From positions 52,886,001 through 52,950,000 of the forward strand of contig NC_042998.1 of NCBI RefSeq assembly GCF_006345805.1: DNA of 64,000 bases, in the 5' to 3' direction. Below the pieces are notes generated by a model, which had not been told where the DNA came from, did no database searches, and saw only the letters and a program-made list of their open reading frames with translations. Numbering within the stretch: position 1 is the first letter of the stretch; every line of letters starts with the position of its first letter. Positions 1-13,107 of the stretch are shown here, one piece after another. Both the position numbers and the translations under genes were made by a program. The stretch comes from Octopus sinensis (Eukaryota).

Positions 1-221
1 CAGAGATGCACATATCGTCAGCCACTAAGGGACATGCTGAACTGGTTAAGGTCAAACAACTGACAAGCAAATCTGTGGTATTGAGCAGAATATTTGCTGT
101 AGCCCATCTTTTATACCAAGACAAAACAATGTACATGATAACACTTCCAATCAGTTAAGATCAGAATCCATGAGAGCCACTGCCTGGTACTTTTATTATT
201 ATTATTATTATTATTAAGACA

Positions 222-435
222 GCAAGCTTGCAGAATTGTTATCACACCAGGAAAAATGTTTAATATCATTTTGTCTGTGTTTTTATTCTGAGTTCAAATT
301 CTGCTGAGGTTGACTTTGTCTTTCATCCTTTCAAGGTCAATAAATTAAATACCAGTGAAACATTAGTGGTGGTGGTGGTGGTGGGGAGCGATGTAATCGC
401 CTAGTCCCTTCCCCCCAAATTCCAGGTCTTGTGCT
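222..435 (+). mobile_element. SINE family B, partial
   Basis: Matches the family B core (ttctgagttcaaattc...gactttg.ctttcatcc...ataaattaa.tacca) seen intact at 41422-41660. Confidence 0.7.
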
Positions 436-2049
436 ATTAGTAGAAAGAATAATTATTATTGTTGTTGTTATTATTATTATTATTTCTGGAGCTATATCTC
501 AAATTCTAAATGAAACAGAAAGATTGTCATGATAAGGAAGTTAGTTAAGTAAATAATCCAGATCAACACACTATCTTTCTTATCACCAAGAAACAAATAA
601 ATCTTAAGCTGAAGAGATGAGAATTAGCAGAAGTGAGAATTTTCAGATTTTATAAATAGCAAATTAAACTTGAAAATCCAATATCATATATGACTGACTA
701 AACAGTGTTAGAACAGAATAATTAAATTTGATGAAAAAGTTGTAGAATGAAGGATGAGGAAATGAACGAATCAGATTTAAATAACACCAATAGAATATTA
801 ATTAAAATTCCTATTTTGAAACTTAGAGACACTAAAAAACAATAAATTTCAAAAAAAAAAGTGGAAAACAGATCATGAGTCAAATGTGTAAGAAAAATTT
901 GAAAAAAAAAAATGTTCCTTCTGCAGGTTATTTATGACTAAGTTTTCTGCTCATTTATATATTACTGTATATTTCAGGTTAAAAATTACTGTAGCATTCT
1001 TAGGATCTTTGACATCATGGAGGAGATGACAAAAGACTAGGATGACTGGCAATATGTGGTTCTTGAGAAGACTCACCCACCTCATTAAAACTGGGATTCA
1101 AGAAACACAATGTGTATAAATATTAACCCACTGCCAATATCCTCCTTAAGAAATTTCCACCGCCCATCATCTCTCTAACTGCTTTGTAATTAATTCTGCT
1201 GCTGTAATTAAACATGAGCAGAACCACATACTTCAGCTTTTCCCTGATACCATTTACTCCTCTTATTATCTGGAACCAGTTCACTGTTATCCATCTTTCC
1301 TTCTTAATACTGTTCTCTCCACCCAGATTTTACATAGATTACCACCCTCTTGAGCCATCAAATTATTTCTCCTTTTCCATCATTCATCTTCCTCTCCTCC
1401 ATTTGCTATGTTTATCCCACGCTCTTATAACCCACCCAACCACGTTATCTTTCTCTCTCTCATTCAGCCATTCTGTCTCTTTCTTCCCATTTTAACTGCA
1501 TCATTACTATTATTATTATAATCCAGCCTCTCTTTACCACCCATTCCTTTTTTCTGCACTATCAGTCATTTCCTCTTCCTTATCTCTTCCGAAGTCATGT
1601 ATTATTGTCATGTATGAATATCCTTGGTCACCCAGCAGCCCTACTCATTTCTACAGTTGTCACCTCCTTTTTCTTCTCTTCCTCCCCTAGTTGTTATCTG
1701 TCAGCACTTATGCTTTATTTTATTCATCATATCACTCATTCCTGATTCCTAACCATCACTCAACCGTTACCAACCTACAATTTCTGTTCTTCCATTATCG
1801 CTCATTTCTATTCACCTTGTATCTTGTGAGTTCACCTTGACACCTCATCTCTGCTATTTTTATCTCTTTCCAGTTCCACTCTGATTTCTCTCATCCTCTC
1901 ATCCAGAATGTGAGCAACCATAAAATACTCTCCTACTGCAAGAAGCCTCTTCTGTCCTGTCCCCTTTTCTCTCAGTTTAAACCTACTTCCCATAGTATAG
2001 AGCTGTCTTCCTCTCTTTTGTAGCCCCACTTACTTTGAGGGGTTCTTAG

Positions 2050-2260
2050 TCTTACAGGCTGCATGGCAACCCTACCAATGCTGGTGCCATGAAAAAACAA
2101 AGCACCCAGTACACTCAGTGAGTGGTTGGTATTAGGAAGGGCAGCTAATCATAGAAATAATTTCAAAGCAGAGTATGATACAGTCTTTGGACCTACTGGT
2201 GCCTGTCAAACTATCACCCAAGCCAGTATAGAACAAGGATGTTAAATGATGATTACACAC
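2050..2260 (+). mobile_element. Family C retroposon 3' end, (GAT)n tail
   Basis: aagcacccagtacactc...ggtattaggaagggca...gatgttaaatgatgat, similar to 61430-61862. Confidence 0.65.
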
Positions 2261-2279
2261 ACACACACACACATATCCT

Positions 2280-2460
2280 CATTGTTTAATGTCCATCTTC
2301 CATGCATGCATGGGTAGGATGTTTGACAGGAGCTGGCCAGGTAGAAAACTGACCAACTGTGTCTGTTTTGGCAGGTTTTTTATGGCAGGATGCCCTTCCT
2401 AACATCAACCACTCTGCAGAGTGGACTCAGTGCTTATACATCCTGGCTTGGGTTGGGCAG
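2280..2460 (-). mobile_element. Family C retroposon 3' end
   Basis: Reverse complement of the ggaagggcatcc core (caggatgcccttcctaac). Lies tail-to-tail with the copy at 2050-2260. Confidence 0.65.
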
Positions 2461-2975
2461 ATTTTGAAGCCAATATATTATAGATGGATGTCTGCCCTTT
2501 TGTCTGTCCTTTTAATTGCCTTCTCCAGCATGCAGAGAAATGGTGTACCTATGTTGTATGTATGTGTGTGTGTGAGGGAGAGAAAGAGATTGTGAATGTT
2601 CAAGCATGTGTGTTTATGTGTTTCTGTATAATTATATCTGTACCAGTTGAGTACTGGTGTACAGAGTGAGATTCCATTATGCCAATGTCCAATTTGCATT
2701 TCCCTTATTACAAGACCAAAGACATAATTACTAGTACTGATGGCTGATAGTTGACTAACAAAACTCTAAAAGACAATACTACTGCATGGCCACAGTCCAA
2801 TTATTTACACTAGTAAAAGAAGTTCAACAGAAAGAAAGCAAACTATTACCCTTGAGATCAGTCTTATATTCTTTTAACATTTAGTGTTTTACCTTTTTCT
2901 GACTCAGCTCTATTATATCTCCATAAAATCTAAACTAATCAGGAAGCTTCAGCATGGTTGCTTGAAATGCTAGAA

Positions 2976-3075
2976 ATATCAACCAAATATTCCCCAAATT
3001 AAACATCACTATTATCAACCAAATATTCCCCAAATTATATCAATCAAATATTCCCCAAATTAGACACCACTATTT
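2976..3075. repeat. Three copies of a ~23-bp unit atcaa(c/t)caaatattccccaaatt
   Basis: Direct repeats read from the sequence. Confidence 0.8.
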
Positions 3076-3914
3076 AAAAAAAGTTGACGATACATTCATC
3101 AGTATAGTCCTAGATATTCCTAAGATGACAGAATGGTTACACTTAGAACATGTTTTACCACAAGTCTGCTTGATCATGGTTGACCTGGAGCTAAATAACA
3201 ATATCAACCACTCTAACAAAAAAAAAAAAAAAATGAAAATGATGATTGAAGCAAAAACACAGAAAAATTAGTAATTAACACTTTTGTCTTTCTTTTATTG
3301 CCTGAATATCTCTAATTTCAAATTAGTATTCTTGAAATTCTTTATACTACTTTAGCATGATGTTCATTTGTTTTTGTTTTTTCTTTGTATTTCTGTTTAT
3401 TTTTTTTCATCATTGGAAATTAATTTGTACTCAAGTAAAGAAATAAGGAATTGTTTAATTACAGAAAAATTATCGAAGAGAACAATTTTACTGAATAATT
3501 AATACTTCTGAGATGCTGATAGTTTTACTTTACTGATGGAGATAAAATAAACACTAAACAAGCAGTTAAAATATTGATCACTGCTCTAATCAGCAGAGTG
3601 GAAAGCAAATTTGTCTTATCTTCATTACTGGAAAGAGATTGGTTTAAAATTTAATAGTTATGATATGATCTAAATTTTATTTTCCGCAGGATAGAAGTTA
3701 ACAGTATTTAACTATCGCCTGCATGTTCAGCAATTTTCAAAGTACTAATTTAGTATTTTATTGTATCAACAGCTATGAAGAACTGTGATTACTAAACACA
3801 GACAGACATTCTACTATTGATACTTATATACAAATTTAGATGTACATGCAAATATACATACATAAATTCACACAGATAAACTTACATTTATTAACATATA
3901 TAGCTTCATATCTG

Positions 3915-4158
3915 TTATCTTTGACTTGGTTTCATTCATTTGACTGTAGCTATGCTGGGGCTCCAGCTTGAAGTGGGTTTTTTTTTATATTCAACAAATC
4001 ACACTCAGGAATTATAAAGCCTAGCACCTATTCGATTTGTCTCTTTGCTGAACCATTAAGTTAGGGGGACATAAACATGTCAACACCAGTTGTCAAGAAG
4101 TAATGGGAAGACAAACACAGACACAAAGATGCACACACACACACACAAATATATATAT

Positions 4159-4193
<35 letters not shown>

Positions 4194-4423
4194 CTGCTTG
4201 GTTCAGCTGCTCTACATTGATAAGGGGCAAATACCCTGGAACTAGTATATAGATGTCAGACCAGCAAGGGGAAGTAGCTGATCTCCCCTGTTTGGAGGTT
4301 ATAATGGACACAGGTTTGTGTGTCACTTAGCTAGTTAGAGGTGATGGCCTCTTGGAGCTAATCAACAGCAGCATTCATCTTATTTTTCTGGACTGCCATG
4401 TTAGCTAGGCGTTAACTATTAAA

Positions 4424-4471
<48 letters not shown>

Positions 4472-4635
4472 CATGGGCTTCTTTCAGTTTCTGATTACCA
4501 AATCCACTCACAAGGCTTTGGTTGGTCAGCTCAAAGCTATAGTAGAAAACACTTACCCAAAGTAACATACAATGGAACTGAACCCAGAACCATGTGGTTA
4601 GGAGGCAAGCTTCTTACCACACAGCTACACCTGCA
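3915..4635 (-). mobile_element. SINE family A split at its internal (TA)n tract by a ~220-bp insert
   Basis: 3' half at ~3915-4140 and 5' half at ~4470-4635 both match the reverse complement of family A. Confidence 0.7.
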
Positions 4636-4640
4636 TTTGA

Positions 4641-4983
4641 TCTATATATATAAACGGCAAAATGTCGGTGTGTGTGTCCTTTATACAAATCCACAATTTT
4701 TCAGTTAGAGGGCTCGCACTTTCTATGGTTATTTCAAACCATCCAAGGGTGGTCGTGCACATCTTTACATTTCCCCAGTCATCCTGCAAAGCCATTAAAA
4801 AATCAATAGAAGTGACTTTTTTGTGGATTTTCTATCCAAGACCCAATCAAAATGCCTGAAACTTGATACGCCAATTGAATGCTAGCTAGCTGTATGTGAT
4901 TGGTCAGAGATTTGGACAGTACTCGCGTGTATGTGCACAGGCACGCAGCTGTATATGCATGCAACGCCAGGTCATAGTGCTAG
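4641..4983 (+). mobile_element. Non-autonomous Helitron-type element
   Basis: Starts A|TCTATATATATAAA and ends gcaacgccaggtcatagtgCTAG|T. TC...CTAG termini between A and T with no TSD are Helitron hallmarks. Confidence 0.7.
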
Positions 4984-6014
4984 TATATAATAAATCTGTA
5001 CAAAAACATTCAATTACTTGTGGTTGTAGGTATTCATTTATATATGTAGATGCTCTTAGCAATATAAAATGCTTAAATACAGATGCAGAATGATAGTTGA
5101 ACACATAGATAGCAACATTTTAAATACACATGGATACAGACATTTGTTAGAGCAGAAGAGATAAAAAAACAAAAAAAACTTTTATGGCCCTTTATATTTT
5201 GAATTCAATTTTTGCTGAAGTTAAAACTGCCTTCCATCCTTTGAATTCAATATAAGTAAGTTGCAAATACTGAGAATAATATACATGATTATTCTAGCCA
5301 CTCAAAAGATGTGACTGCATGCAAACAATAAATGGAAGAATTCAAAAATCTACGAATGGTGAATTCTTGCAATATTTGGCTATGTTCCTCAAGGTCTGAG
5401 GTTTACATTGCCATTTTGCCTTTTTTGATTTGATGATAAAATAAGTATTTATCACATGCTGGGTTCGATATAATCAACTGCTCCCCCATAAACACAGTTT
5501 GAGTCCTTGAGCATATATCTAAATAGTGAAGGAAGTTGGGAAGATGGCAACAATGGTATAGTAGATAAATCCTTTGCAGATACAACTCTTCATACTCTGA
5601 GTTCAAATTCTGCCAATAAGTTTTGTAACCTGTTTTATATCATATGACTGCAAAATATAAATCCCCTTCTGACACCCACTCTTCCATCAATCTTCTATTT
5701 CATTCTATTTTCTTCACTTTCCCCCACACTGAACTGATATCCTCTGCATCCAACTCATTCCCTATCTCTTATCATTTGTCACACTATTTTCACTCAGTGC
5801 ACTTACCTACACATCTACCTTTTCTGCTCTTCTATCCTATTCTGTCCCATATTCACATTGTACCAAGATCTCATATCTCTCTCTTGCTCTCTCTCTCTTT
5901 CCAAGTAGGTAAGACATGTATTCACTTCTTCAGCAAGACACCTGCACCTCTCCCTCTAACATTGTTTCTTATTCTTCATGTCAACACCCTGCTAAATTGA
6001 TTGGTTATTTTTGT

Positions 6015-6205
6015 GGATGCTTGGTGACCTCACCAGCACTGGTGCCATGTAAAAAAACACCCAGTACTCACTGTTAAGAGGTTGGTGTTAGGGTATCCAA
6101 CAGTAGAAACCATGCCAAAGCAGCAAGAGAACCTGGCAGAGCCCTCTGGTTTGTCTGCTCTTGTCAAACTTTTAGCATGCAAAAGAGGACGTATGGTGAT
6201 GATGA
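6015..6205 (+). mobile_element. Family C retroposon 3' end
   Basis: ggtgttagggtatccaacagtagaaac...gcatgcaaaagaggacgt...gatgatga. Confidence 0.6.
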
Positions 6206-6309
6206 TACATATATGCATATATACAAGTATATATATCTGTGTGTGTGTGTGTGTGTATATAATTATATATGTATGTGTGTGTATATGTATATATATATGT
6301 TTTTATTCT

Positions 6310-6722
6310 TTTACTGGTTTCAGTCAATTGACTCTCACCATGCTGGAGCACAAACTTGAAGGATTTTAGTCGAACAAATCAACCCCAGGACTTTTTTTTT
6401 CAAAGCCTGGTACATACTCTATTGGTCTCTTTTGCTGAAGTGTTAAGTTACAGGGATGTAAACATACCAACACTGGTTATCAAGTGGTGATAGGAGGACA
6501 AACACGACACGAAGACACATAGATACACACACACACACACAAATATATATATATATACATACAACAGGCTTCTTTCATTTTCTGTCTGCCAAATACACTC
6601 ATAAGGCTTTCGATGGCCCAAGGCTATAGTAGAAGACACTTGCCCAAAAGGCCATGAAGTGGGACTGAACCTAGAATCACGTGGTTGGGAAGCAAGCTTC
6701 TTACCATACAGCCACACTTACA
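6310..6722 (-). mobile_element. SINE family A
   Basis: Reverse complement of the full head-core-microsatellite-tail structure. Confidence 0.8.
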
Positions 6723-6739
6723 TACACACACACACACAC

Positions 6740-6776
<37 letters not shown>

Positions 6777-7799
6777 AAATAAATATATATTTTGTAAAAA
6801 TATTATGATATATTATAAAATATTATAATAATCCAGGTTTCTCGGAGCACTAGGCCACTTGGTGTAGAATAGATATACTATTAAATTAGTATCTAATTCT
6901 CTCACCCTTATTAATTAATTATATATATATATATATATTTATAACAAATGGAAGACAAAAGATGGAATATACAAGAATATATTTTTAATCACAACAATTG
7001 TTTCGACACATCTAGCATCGTCTCCTCTTGTGGGACACACAAAAATTGGTTCACAGTATCCAGTGGTCCAGACATATCTCATTGGGTGATAAATAAAAAA
7101 AAAACTCGTTAAAATGACTGTTCCATAATGCAACTTTCTGTTTTGTAGAGAGAAAAACAGCCAGATGGAGGAAAATTCTTCATATATATATAGATGATCC
7201 AAAAATAAAATTGCAGAAGACAAAAAGAGAGACGAATACTTAATCCAGCGAGAAAAAGTCATACATACATATAATCTATGTGTGACTTTATGTCAAATAA
7301 AAACTGATAAAATATGTACTAGGTCGAAGTAAGTATGGGGCTTGATATGATCAGCTAAATAATTCAAGGTAGTGCTTCAGTAATGCTGGAAGCAGCTTAA
7401 GAATTGACACCACTATGAGAAAAGATTAACTACTAGTATCAGACATTTTACTTGCTATCACTTTTAGTTATTGAAAAGAAAAGTATTTTAACATTGATAT
7501 CTGTAAATTTGTCATCCTTTCTATCAATCTCTATATTTATAAATAACATGTAATTGTACTTTGACTTTACTTGATGGTTCATTCAGTGTCTGCTTACACT
7601 TTGGATATAAAAGTATTTTGCTCCATGTGAATTTGAAGTCTGATTACAATGTGCTTGTCTGTGTTTTTTACTTTTTGTTCTATTTTTTATTTTAATCTTA
7701 TTTTTTCCATACAAATATTTTTGAATAACATTTTCATTAAACTGTAAGGTTTTAATGGGAAAATTCAATGGACCAATTTATAGTTCAATGAAATTCAGA

Positions 7800-8200
7800 A
7801 AGCAAGAGATAGGAAATATGTTGGACGTTTGATTTAAAAAAGATTTTAAAATTTCTATTTTTTGCTTTTAGTGTATCCTAACTGCAGCTAGATTGTCCCA
7901 GATTCTTCTGGTAATTGAATACAGGAAGCTTCTATCCAGACTAGGTATTGTTGTGAAATATAGAGAGTGGCATTAAAATGTTGGATCTCATACAGCAGTG
8001 AGTTTGTTCATTTTCTAAAGCAGTATTAGTTTCTATCCTATGAAATAAATCATTGATAATTCTAGATCTTTCTATTCTAAATTAGTCTCTGCTTTCTAAA
8101 CTGCAATGAATCAGAGAACTTTCTTCTGAATTGTGCCAAATTGACAGAGGATAATGAAATAGAAACTCATCCAGAATACACAAACATATTTCATTATAAT
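7800..8200 (-). mobile_element. Highly degenerate RTE-like LINE reverse-transcriptase fragment
   Basis: Minus-strand translation loosely resembles the FRKNRST...Q.L and DF.KAFDS...IW motifs, with many stops. Confidence 0.4.
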
Positions 8201-8899
8201 TCAAACCTATGTTTAAAAAATAGTGACTGTTTTTGTCTAACATTATTGCTACTTTCCAAAAGCTTTAATCTTATAAGTAAGAAATTCTTTTTGTTATTCC
8301 CTTTAATGTATATAAATTTTACATCACATTGATGGCTGTTTTTGTTGATGTTGCATAGCCCCAGCTAACAAACAAGAGGTGCTGTATGAATAACAAGTTC
8401 AAATTATGGTCATCCATGTTTTTGAGGGATAGTGTATTAGTATATTTAGAACTACTTCATTATTGTTATATTTCAGGATGGTCATCTTTTGCGAATTAAA
8501 CTCACATACTTTAAATTTGACCTTCACTTTAGTTTTATTGTAATTATTTAAAATTTTTGTTGCCACTTCAACATGGCTGTTCCATAAGGAAGTACGTTAC
8601 TACCATTTTTTAAACTCTAGCAGGACATCTCCTCCACCTGGTTAACAACACAGCCTGTGTCCGATATATTGTGAGCAGGGGAGTGAAGCCCTACTATAAC
8701 CATGTTAAGTGATAACAAACATTGCTTTTCTGTATTGTTACTACTTACATTTCTTAAAGAAATCTTAGAACTAGCTATTTTCAATTCACTTGTCTGTAAA
8801 AGTTCTTTTATTACACATTCTGTGATTATTTTAATGGCTCTCTGTCCCATGTGTTGAAAGAACTTTCACAGAAAAATAAGCGAAAAAAAAAAGTAAAGA

Positions 8900-9110
8900 G
8901 GTTTCAAATTTTGGCATAAGGTCAATAATTTTGGGGGAGGGGGTAAGTTGATTAGATCAAACCCAGTGACCAACTGATACTTATTTTATCAACGCCCAAA
9001 GGATGAAAGGCAAGTCAGCCTCAGCAAAATTTGAACTGAGAAAGTAAAGACAGATAAAACCCGCTAAGCATTTTGCTTGGCACACTAACAATTTTGCCAG
9101 CTCACTGCAT
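8900..9110 (-). mobile_element. SINE family B
   Basis: ggatgaaaggcaag...atttgaactgag...gctaagcattttgc, reverse complement of the family B core. Confidence 0.7.
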
Positions 9111-9144
9111 TTATAATAATAATAATAATAATAATATAATAATA

Positions 9145-9370
9145 ATAATAATCCTTTCTACAATCGGAACAAGGCCTGAAATTTTTGGGGAAGGAGCAAG
9201 TCAATTACATCAACCCCAGTGCATAATTGGTACTTATTTCATTGATCCTGAAAGAATGAAAGGCAAGTCAACTCCAACAGAATTTGAACTCAGAATGTAA
9301 GGACGGATGATATGCCAATAAACATTTTACTCAGTGTGCTAACAATTCTGCTAGCTCATTGCCTAACAAC
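9145..9370 (-). mobile_element. SINE family B
   Basis: Second adjacent copy of the same motifs. Confidence 0.7.
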
Positions 9371-9579
9371 AATGGCGACAATGATGACGACAACAACAAC
9401 ACTAAAGTGAAGACCAAACATATAGTGTACATGTTTAATTGGCAAAATATGACCATCCCCAAGTATAACAATATCTGTTTCAATACACATTTTCTCATCA
9501 AAAATCTTGCAAAATGAATTTGTAAGTGTACTTCATTATTCTTTATCCTATATTTTTTAAGATGAGTAGACAATGAATT

Positions 9580-9996
9580 AAGGAGCTTGCTTCCCAACCA
9601 CATGGTTCAAGGTTTGGTCCCATTGTGTGGCACTTTGGGCAAGTGTCTTCTGCTATAGTCTTGGGCTGACCAAAGCCTTGTGAGCAAATTTGGATGGAAA
9701 CTGAAAGACACCTGTCATATGTGTGTGTGTGTGTGTGTGTGCATGTATGTGTGTGTGTACGTGTACTTGTGTGTGTGTGTATTTGTGTGAGTGTCTGTGT
9801 TTGTCCCTGCCACCATTGCTTGACAACTGATGTTAGTGTGTTTACCACCCCATAACTTAGTGGTTTGGCAAAAGTTACCGACAGAATAAGTACTAGGCTT
9901 ACAAAGAATAAGTCCTAGAGTCGATTTGTTCAACTAAAGGTGGCGCTCCAAAATGGCCACAGTCAAATGACTGAAACAAGTTAAAGAATAAAAGAA
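9580..9996 (+). mobile_element. SINE family A
   Basis: Head (ggttcaagg..ttggtcccattg), ttgggcaagtgtctt core, (TG)n tract, tail ggcgctccaaaatggccacagtcaaatgactgaaacaag. Confidence 0.8.
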
Positions 9997-10198
9997 TACA
10001 TATATGTATGTATGCCTATAACAGGTTCCTTTGAGTTTATGTCTACTAAATCACTCACAAGGCTTTGGTGAGCTCAAAGCTATTGTAGAAATCACTTGTC
10101 CAAGGATCCACACAATAGGTATGAACCCAGATCCATGTGGATAGATAGCAAACTTCTTATAACACAGCCATACCAGAACCTGTAAATAAATTATACAC

Positions 10199-10582
10199 AG
10201 GCGTAGGAGTGGCTGTGTGGTAAGTAGCTTTCTTACCAACCACATGGTCCTGGGTAAGTGTCTTCTACTATAGCCTCAGGCCAACCAAAGCCTTGTGAGT
10301 AGATTTGGTAGACGGAAACTGAAAGAAGCCCATCGTATGTATGTATATATATATGCATGTGTGTGTATATGTTTGTGTGTCTGTGTTTGTCTCCCCAACA
10401 TTGCTTGACAACCGATGCTGGTGTGTTTATGTCCCTGTAACTTAGTGGTTTGGCAAAAGAGACCGATAGAATAAGTACTAAGCTTACAAAGAATAAGCCC
10501 TGGGGTCGATTTGCTCGACTAGAGGCGGTGCTCCAGCATGGCCACAGTCAAATGACTGAAACAAGTAAAAGAGCAAAGAGTA
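10199..10582 (+). mobile_element. SINE family A, near full length (tRNA-like head, CORE-like central domain, internal microsatellite, LINE-type tail)
   Basis: ggcgtaggagtggctgtgtggtaag (A-box-like)...ggcggtgctccagcatggccacagtcaaatgactgaaacaagtaaaagag. About 20 related copies in the window. I did not assign it to a published octopus SINE name. Confidence 0.85.
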
Positions 10583-11654
10583 TAAAGTTCCCTAGAAATT
10601 AAGTATACTGTCTTGTAGCAATTTACAAATCATGGAAACAACTATCAGTGCAGACTTAGTTGTGTGGCTTAGATATTTGCTTGCAATCGCACAGTCTCAG
10701 CTCCCATCCAACTATGTGACACATCAATAAGCATCTTATACAATAATCTTTGTTTGCTCAGTACTCTGTGAGTGATATATGAAACTGCAGAGCTCCAGTG
10801 TGTTTGTGTGCATGCATGCATGTGTGTGTGAGTCTGTGCATGTGTGTGTGTGTGAGGACTGCACTGATTAATTGGCAGATAATTAGCCAAGTTGGCCACT
10901 TTGTCAATTAATTAGTATCAACATTTGGCGAATTAATTGGTTTTGATAACTGGCTATTTTCATTTTTTCTCTTTATAATTATTGATAAGCATGTATGTTG
11001 CAGAAAGAGACTCATGACTGTCAATGAAATTCAGAAAATTTATTGAATTCAACATGTAAAAATACATAAGAAACATATATTATTCGCTAGGGCATACAGC
11101 TGAAGGCCCCCAGTATATTCAAACCCAGTTCATAATGCTTGAACATATTGATCTCTGCATTTGAAAATTACATGGGAATGCCCTGGGGTGTTAACTTCCT
11201 ATAGGTTAAAGGGTATAAAAAAAGAATAGACCTACTTGGAAGAATATGTGCTTAACTGATCTATTAAAAGGAATTAATGCAAAAGTTATAAAGATTCTTA
11301 TTCATCAAGAGTGGTGAAATTTCTAGCCTGTTTAGTAAGATGCAGTTGATTTTTTTTCTTTTGATAAAGAAGGCTGAGATAATAGGGATCATTATTAATG
11401 TAAAAATTATCCATTAATAATGATTCCTGTTATTTAAACTTCTTAAAGAAAAGTCAACAGCATCCTTACTTATGATAGAAATTGTACTACTCTCTTGGGG
11501 AACCACCTTAGGTGAAACCACTATACCAACATGCTTTGTCATGAGTCAATATCATGATTACAAGAGAATAAAGAGATTAAGTTTAGAAAGCTACAGTATT
11601 TTCTGGCATACAAGTCAATGTAAACATTTAAACATCATCATATTCTTTCCACAT

Positions 11655-11890
11655 CTTATTTCTTTATTGCCCACAAGGGGCTAAACATAGAGGGGACAAA
11701 GAAGGACAGACAAACGGATTAAGTCGATTATATCGACCCCAGTGCATAACTGGTACTTAATTTATCGACCCCGAAAGGATGAAAGGCAAAGTTGGCCTTG
11801 GCAGAATTTGAAATCAGAACGTAGCGGCAGACAAAATATCACTAAGTATTTTGCCCGGTGGGCTAACATTTCTGCCAGCTCGCCGCCTTC
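11655..11890 (-). mobile_element. SINE family B, CpG-rich (young)
   Basis: Reverse complement of gagctggcagaaatgttagc...gttctgatttcaaattc...ggggtcgataaattaagtacc...ccccttgtgggcaataaagaaata. Confidence 0.85.
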
Positions 11891-11929
11891 ATATTTTTTT
11901 CCAAATCTTCATATTCTTTCCAAATCTTG

Positions 11930-12335
11930 CTGCATAACATGGAACTTTTGGTCCCCCAAAAGTCGTCTTGATGTATAAATTGGCCTATCATTTTTGGCTG
12001 TAAGTTTTGGTGTGAAAAATTCAATCTCAATGCTAGAAAATAAGGTACATTATCTCGTGCATATTATTTTGGATAAAGGTATGTAATCTTCTCTATATAA
12101 TATTGAGTGCAGATATATAGTCTTGTGTGTATAGTCATGAGTGTAGATAGAAATTCTGTAAATTCTCACCTTGCATTCACCTCTTGAAATAGGTGTATCA
12201 AAATTTCCAGAATGCACAATGATGTAGTGTATAGTGTAAACATGTACTGGCAAACATTCAAACATCTTCACTGTCCTTTCAAATCCTGATGAATTTAACA
12301 TGGAGATTTTGATCCTCTAAAGTTGTTTTGTTGTA
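11930..12335. mobile_element. Dispersed repeat, probable non-autonomous Tc1/pogo-type DNA element (copy 1)
   Basis: Clearly homologous to 17655-18150 (shared aaattctgtaaattctca.c.tgcattcacctcttgaaa). The two minus-strand ORFs resemble each other. The superfamily call is inferred from TIR-like tgccatatttttgg..tata...gtcga in the second copy. Confidence 0.5.
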
Positions 12336-12341
12336 TACGTC

Positions 12342-13107
12342 GGCGCAGGAGTGGCTGTGTGGTAAATAGCTTGCTTACCAACAACATGGTTAGGGGGTTC
12401 AGTCCCACTGCAGCGTGACACCTTGGGCAAGTGTCTTCTACTATAGCCTCGGGATGACCAAAGCCTTGTGAGTGGATTTGGTAGACGGAGACTGAAAGAA
12501 GCCCATCGTATATATGTACACTACCGTCAGAAATTAATTAGCACCCTTGATTTGCTCTTCACTCAAGGTATGTGCTGTCACCTAGTGGCCATATCTCGAA
12601 CTATTGCTTTGTTGCGAGTTCACTGTTGCACAGAACGATGACGTAACTTTGTTTGCAGAGCAGTTTGAGAGTCTACAGCCTTATGATGTTGACATAGCAG
12701 TGCAACAACTTGGAGTGCGGATGCAGACAAATCTTCCTTTGTTTAATAGATATAGGTAGCGCCTCGCAAGGACCGAAATCACACCATACTAAGTTTTCTC
12801 ATCGCGTAAGACGTTTTGAACAGCTCATAAGGTTAATTGATTTAACCTATTTAATGTAGAAATTTGAGAAGTGCTAATTAATTTCTGACGCAAGTGTATA
12901 TATGTGTGTCTGTGTTTGTTCCCCCAACATCGCTTGACCGATGCTTGTGTGCTTATGTCCCCGTAACTTAGCAGTTCAGCAAAAGAGACCAATAGAATAA
13001 GTACTAGGCTTACAAAGAATATGTCCTGGGGTCGATTTGCTTGACTAAAGGCGGTGCTCCAGCATGGCCACAGTCAAATGACTGAAACAAGTAAAAGAGT
13101 AAAGAGT
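12342..13107 (+). mobile_element. SINE family A interrupted by a MITE
   Basis: Head at 12342 and tail at ~13050-13107, with a 378-bp TIR element in the internal TA tract. Confidence 0.85.
12519..12896. mobile_element. Tc1/mariner-type MITE
   Basis: TIRs cactaccgtcagaaattaattagcac / gtgctaattaatttctgacgcaagtg, with TA on both sides (12517-18, 12897-98). Confidence 0.85.

Noticed and set aside
2976-3075. Short direct repeats with variable gaps, superficially CRISPR-like
   Set aside because: Only three units, gaps of 0-12 nt, eukaryotic context, no cas genes.
8619-8860. Possible exons on either strand (GHLLHLVNNTACVRYI on +; FFQHMGQRAIKII...SLRN|gtaagt on -)
   Set aside because: Mutually exclusive and neither links convincingly to other exons. 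They cannot be separated from chance by eye.
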